A program made the translations under genes and the position numbers. Shown here one piece after another: positions 62,539 through 64,000 of a stretch of DNA of 64,000 bases. Location of the stretch: positions 256,001-320,000 of the forward strand of contig OY762940.1 in NCBI GenBank assembly GCA_963667255.1. The letters run 5' to 3'. The notes below the pieces were generated by a model that was not told where the DNA came from, made no database searches, and saw only the letters and a program-made list of their open reading frames with translations. This stretch comes from Candidatus Cloacimonadota bacterium. Its GTDB lineage: Bacteria; Cloacimonadota; Cloacimonadia; G963667145. The stretch's first letter is position 1. Each line of letters starts with the position of its first letter.

Positions 62539-63527
62539 CGAATTCTCCTACATATTTTGACTACAATAGTTCGTAGCACGACCCGCTGATTTATGGTGGA
62601 ACTTTTCAGCAATCTGTCCGCTTTTTGCAATAACAAAAAAATCTGCAAAATCTCTTTTTTCGTGTATCTCCGCCCATACTGCAAGTAGTCTTTGCGATAA
62701 TACGCATGCACATCTCCCAAGTGATTTGCCAGAATTTCCGCATCGCTGGTCTTCCCGCTCAAAGCAACCACTTTGAACAAAGCGTTAAAAAATTTGAACA
62801 AAACACCAACTATCATCACACCGGAGACACCATTTTCCAAAATCTGCTCCAGGAACAGCAACGCCTTCCCACATTTCCTCTCGCCCAAGCAATTTTGCAT
62901 CTCAAACACCGAATGCTCCCGCGAACCAAGCAAATACTTTTTGATATCCTCGTCAGTTATAATCTCTTTCTTGCCAAACAACAAAAAAAGTTTTTCGCAC
63001 TCTTTGGAAATTTGTGCGTAGTCGAGCTCCACACTTCTGGCAAAAATCTGCAAAGCATCGTCCGTAAATCGCAATCCTGTTGACTTCAAATATTTGATAA
63101 CCTCGCCCGAATTGTAAGGCTTCTTGCAACTAACCTCAAGATAATCTTTGCACAATTTCGCACAATTTTTGTCTCTCTTGTCAAATTTGTCGGCGGTAAT
63201 CACCACACTGACATTGGTAGGCACACCTTGTGCAAGGTATTGTAAAATATTGTCTTTGTCCGATTTGGAACCGATTTTGTTGAAATAGCTGAGCAAAACA
63301 AATTTGTCGGAAGAAAAAAAGGAGATGCTCTCCAGAGCAGAAAAAAACTCCTGTGCCACAGTCTCATCGCCATACAACCTCACAAACTCCGTCGCCTTGG
63401 CATCGCACAGAGATTCAGCCCTCTTCACCACTCTATCCATCAGATATGTGTCGTCTCCATTCACCAAGGTAAGAGGAGCACTGACGAGTGTTTTGTCTTT
63501 TAAATATTTATCTGCATAAATCAACAT
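62535..63527 (-). CDS. holA: DNA polymerase III subunit delta
   Basis: GDDTYL, ISFFSSDK, KECEKL, HSVFEM; C-terminal ADRLLKSS. Confidence 0.8.
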   Translation of the reverse strand: MLIYADKYLKDKTLVSAPLTLVNGDDTYLMDRVVKRAESLCDAKATEFVRLYGDETVAQEFFSALESISFFSSDKFVLLSYFNKIGSKSDKDNILQYLAQGVPTNVSVVITADKFDKRDKNCAKLCKDYLEVSCKKPYNSGEVIKYLKSTGLRFTDDALQIFARSVELDYAQISKECEKLFLLFGKKEIITDEDIKKYLLGSREHSVFEMQNCLGERKCGKALLFLEQILENGVSGVMIVGVLFKFFNALFKVVALSGKTSDAEILANHLGDVHAYYRKDYLQYGRRYTKKEILQIFLLLQKADRLLKSSTINQRVVLRTIVVKICRRIR

Positions 63528-63534
63528 TTTGCAT

Positions 63535-64000
63535 TCAATTTCCCGACAATATCAAAACGAAACTAAGCAAAGAAAAGCAAAAACAATAATAAGCAAAATA
63601 TTTCAGCTTGGCAGCCGAAATCATTTTTAACAATACGGATATCACCAAATAACCACTCACAAAAGCAAAACACGCTCCCAGCAAGCAATCTGCCAAACTG
63701 ACGGAAGCGGAAATTTCGTCCAATTTCAAAAAAAACGCTCCACCAATGGCGGGTATAGACAGCAAAAAAGAGAATCTGGCAGCATCTACCCGGTTAATCC
63801 CCAAAAATACGGAAGTGCAAACCGTGAGTCCGCTTCGGGAAATCCCGGGGATGATAGCCAAAGCCTGTGCAATCCCAATAAAAAATGCTCTACCGAAACC
63901 CATACTTCCTGCATCCAATTTCTCCCAGTTCACTCTGTCCGACAGCAAAAGCACGGCACCCGTTACAAGCAACATACCGCAAACAAGCAACGGCTTGGAA
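63535..64000 (-). CDS. uppP: Undecaprenyl-diphosphatase, 5'-partial
   Basis: AQALAIIPGISRSG, AARFSFLLSIPAI. Confidence 0.93.
   Translation of the reverse strand, partial: SKPLLVCGMLLVTGAVLLLSDRVNWEKLDAGSMGFGRAFFIGIAQALAIIPGISRSGLTVCTSVFLGINRVDAARFSFLLSIPAIGGAFFLKLDEISASVSLADCLLGACFAFVSGYLVISVLLKMISAAKLKYFAYYCFCFSLLSFVLILSGN

Overview
64-kb chromosomal window from a moderately AT-rich, diderm (lpxB, outer-membrane barrels, MltA), anaerobic, amino-acid/nucleoside-scavenging bacterium. The GyrA '[18 protein letters not shown]' and GyrB 'PLWGKMLN' signatures and the FCB-type envelope proteins suggest Cloacimonadota or a similar lineage (inference only). Core content: TetR plus ABC exporter, modABC, a nucleoside ABC uptake operon with an embedded 5'-nucleotidase, mltA, nadK, ygeW, rarA-typA, an archaeal-type asparagine synthetase A, deoD, a Na/Pi cotransporter, a polar amino-acid ABC transporter, a four-subunit 2-oxoacid:ferredoxin oxidoreductase, recA-recX, comM, an rsmF-like gene, yigZ, gyrBA, tyrS, lpxB, holA and uppP. 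Accessory content: (i) a small-gene plus PARP-like ADP-ribosyltransferase pair at 5.3-6.0 kb whose base skew is opposite to its surroundings; (ii) an AT-rich lipid-carrier glycosylation cluster (two SDRs, one lacking the catalytic Tyr, a methyltransferase, a DPM1-like GT2 and a GT-C-like membrane protein); (iii) an IS5 transposase N-terminal domain translationally coupled to rarA-typA; (iv) a DarTG module; (v) an HTH-HATPase-STAS (DUF4325) gene; (vi) an integrase-less, co-oriented gene-cassette array after comM (47.9-53.5 kb) with two 131-bp non-canonical attC-like sites and several decayed ones. I recognised no tRNA, rRNA or CRISPR array. All family calls come from motif recognition by eye; no database searches were run.
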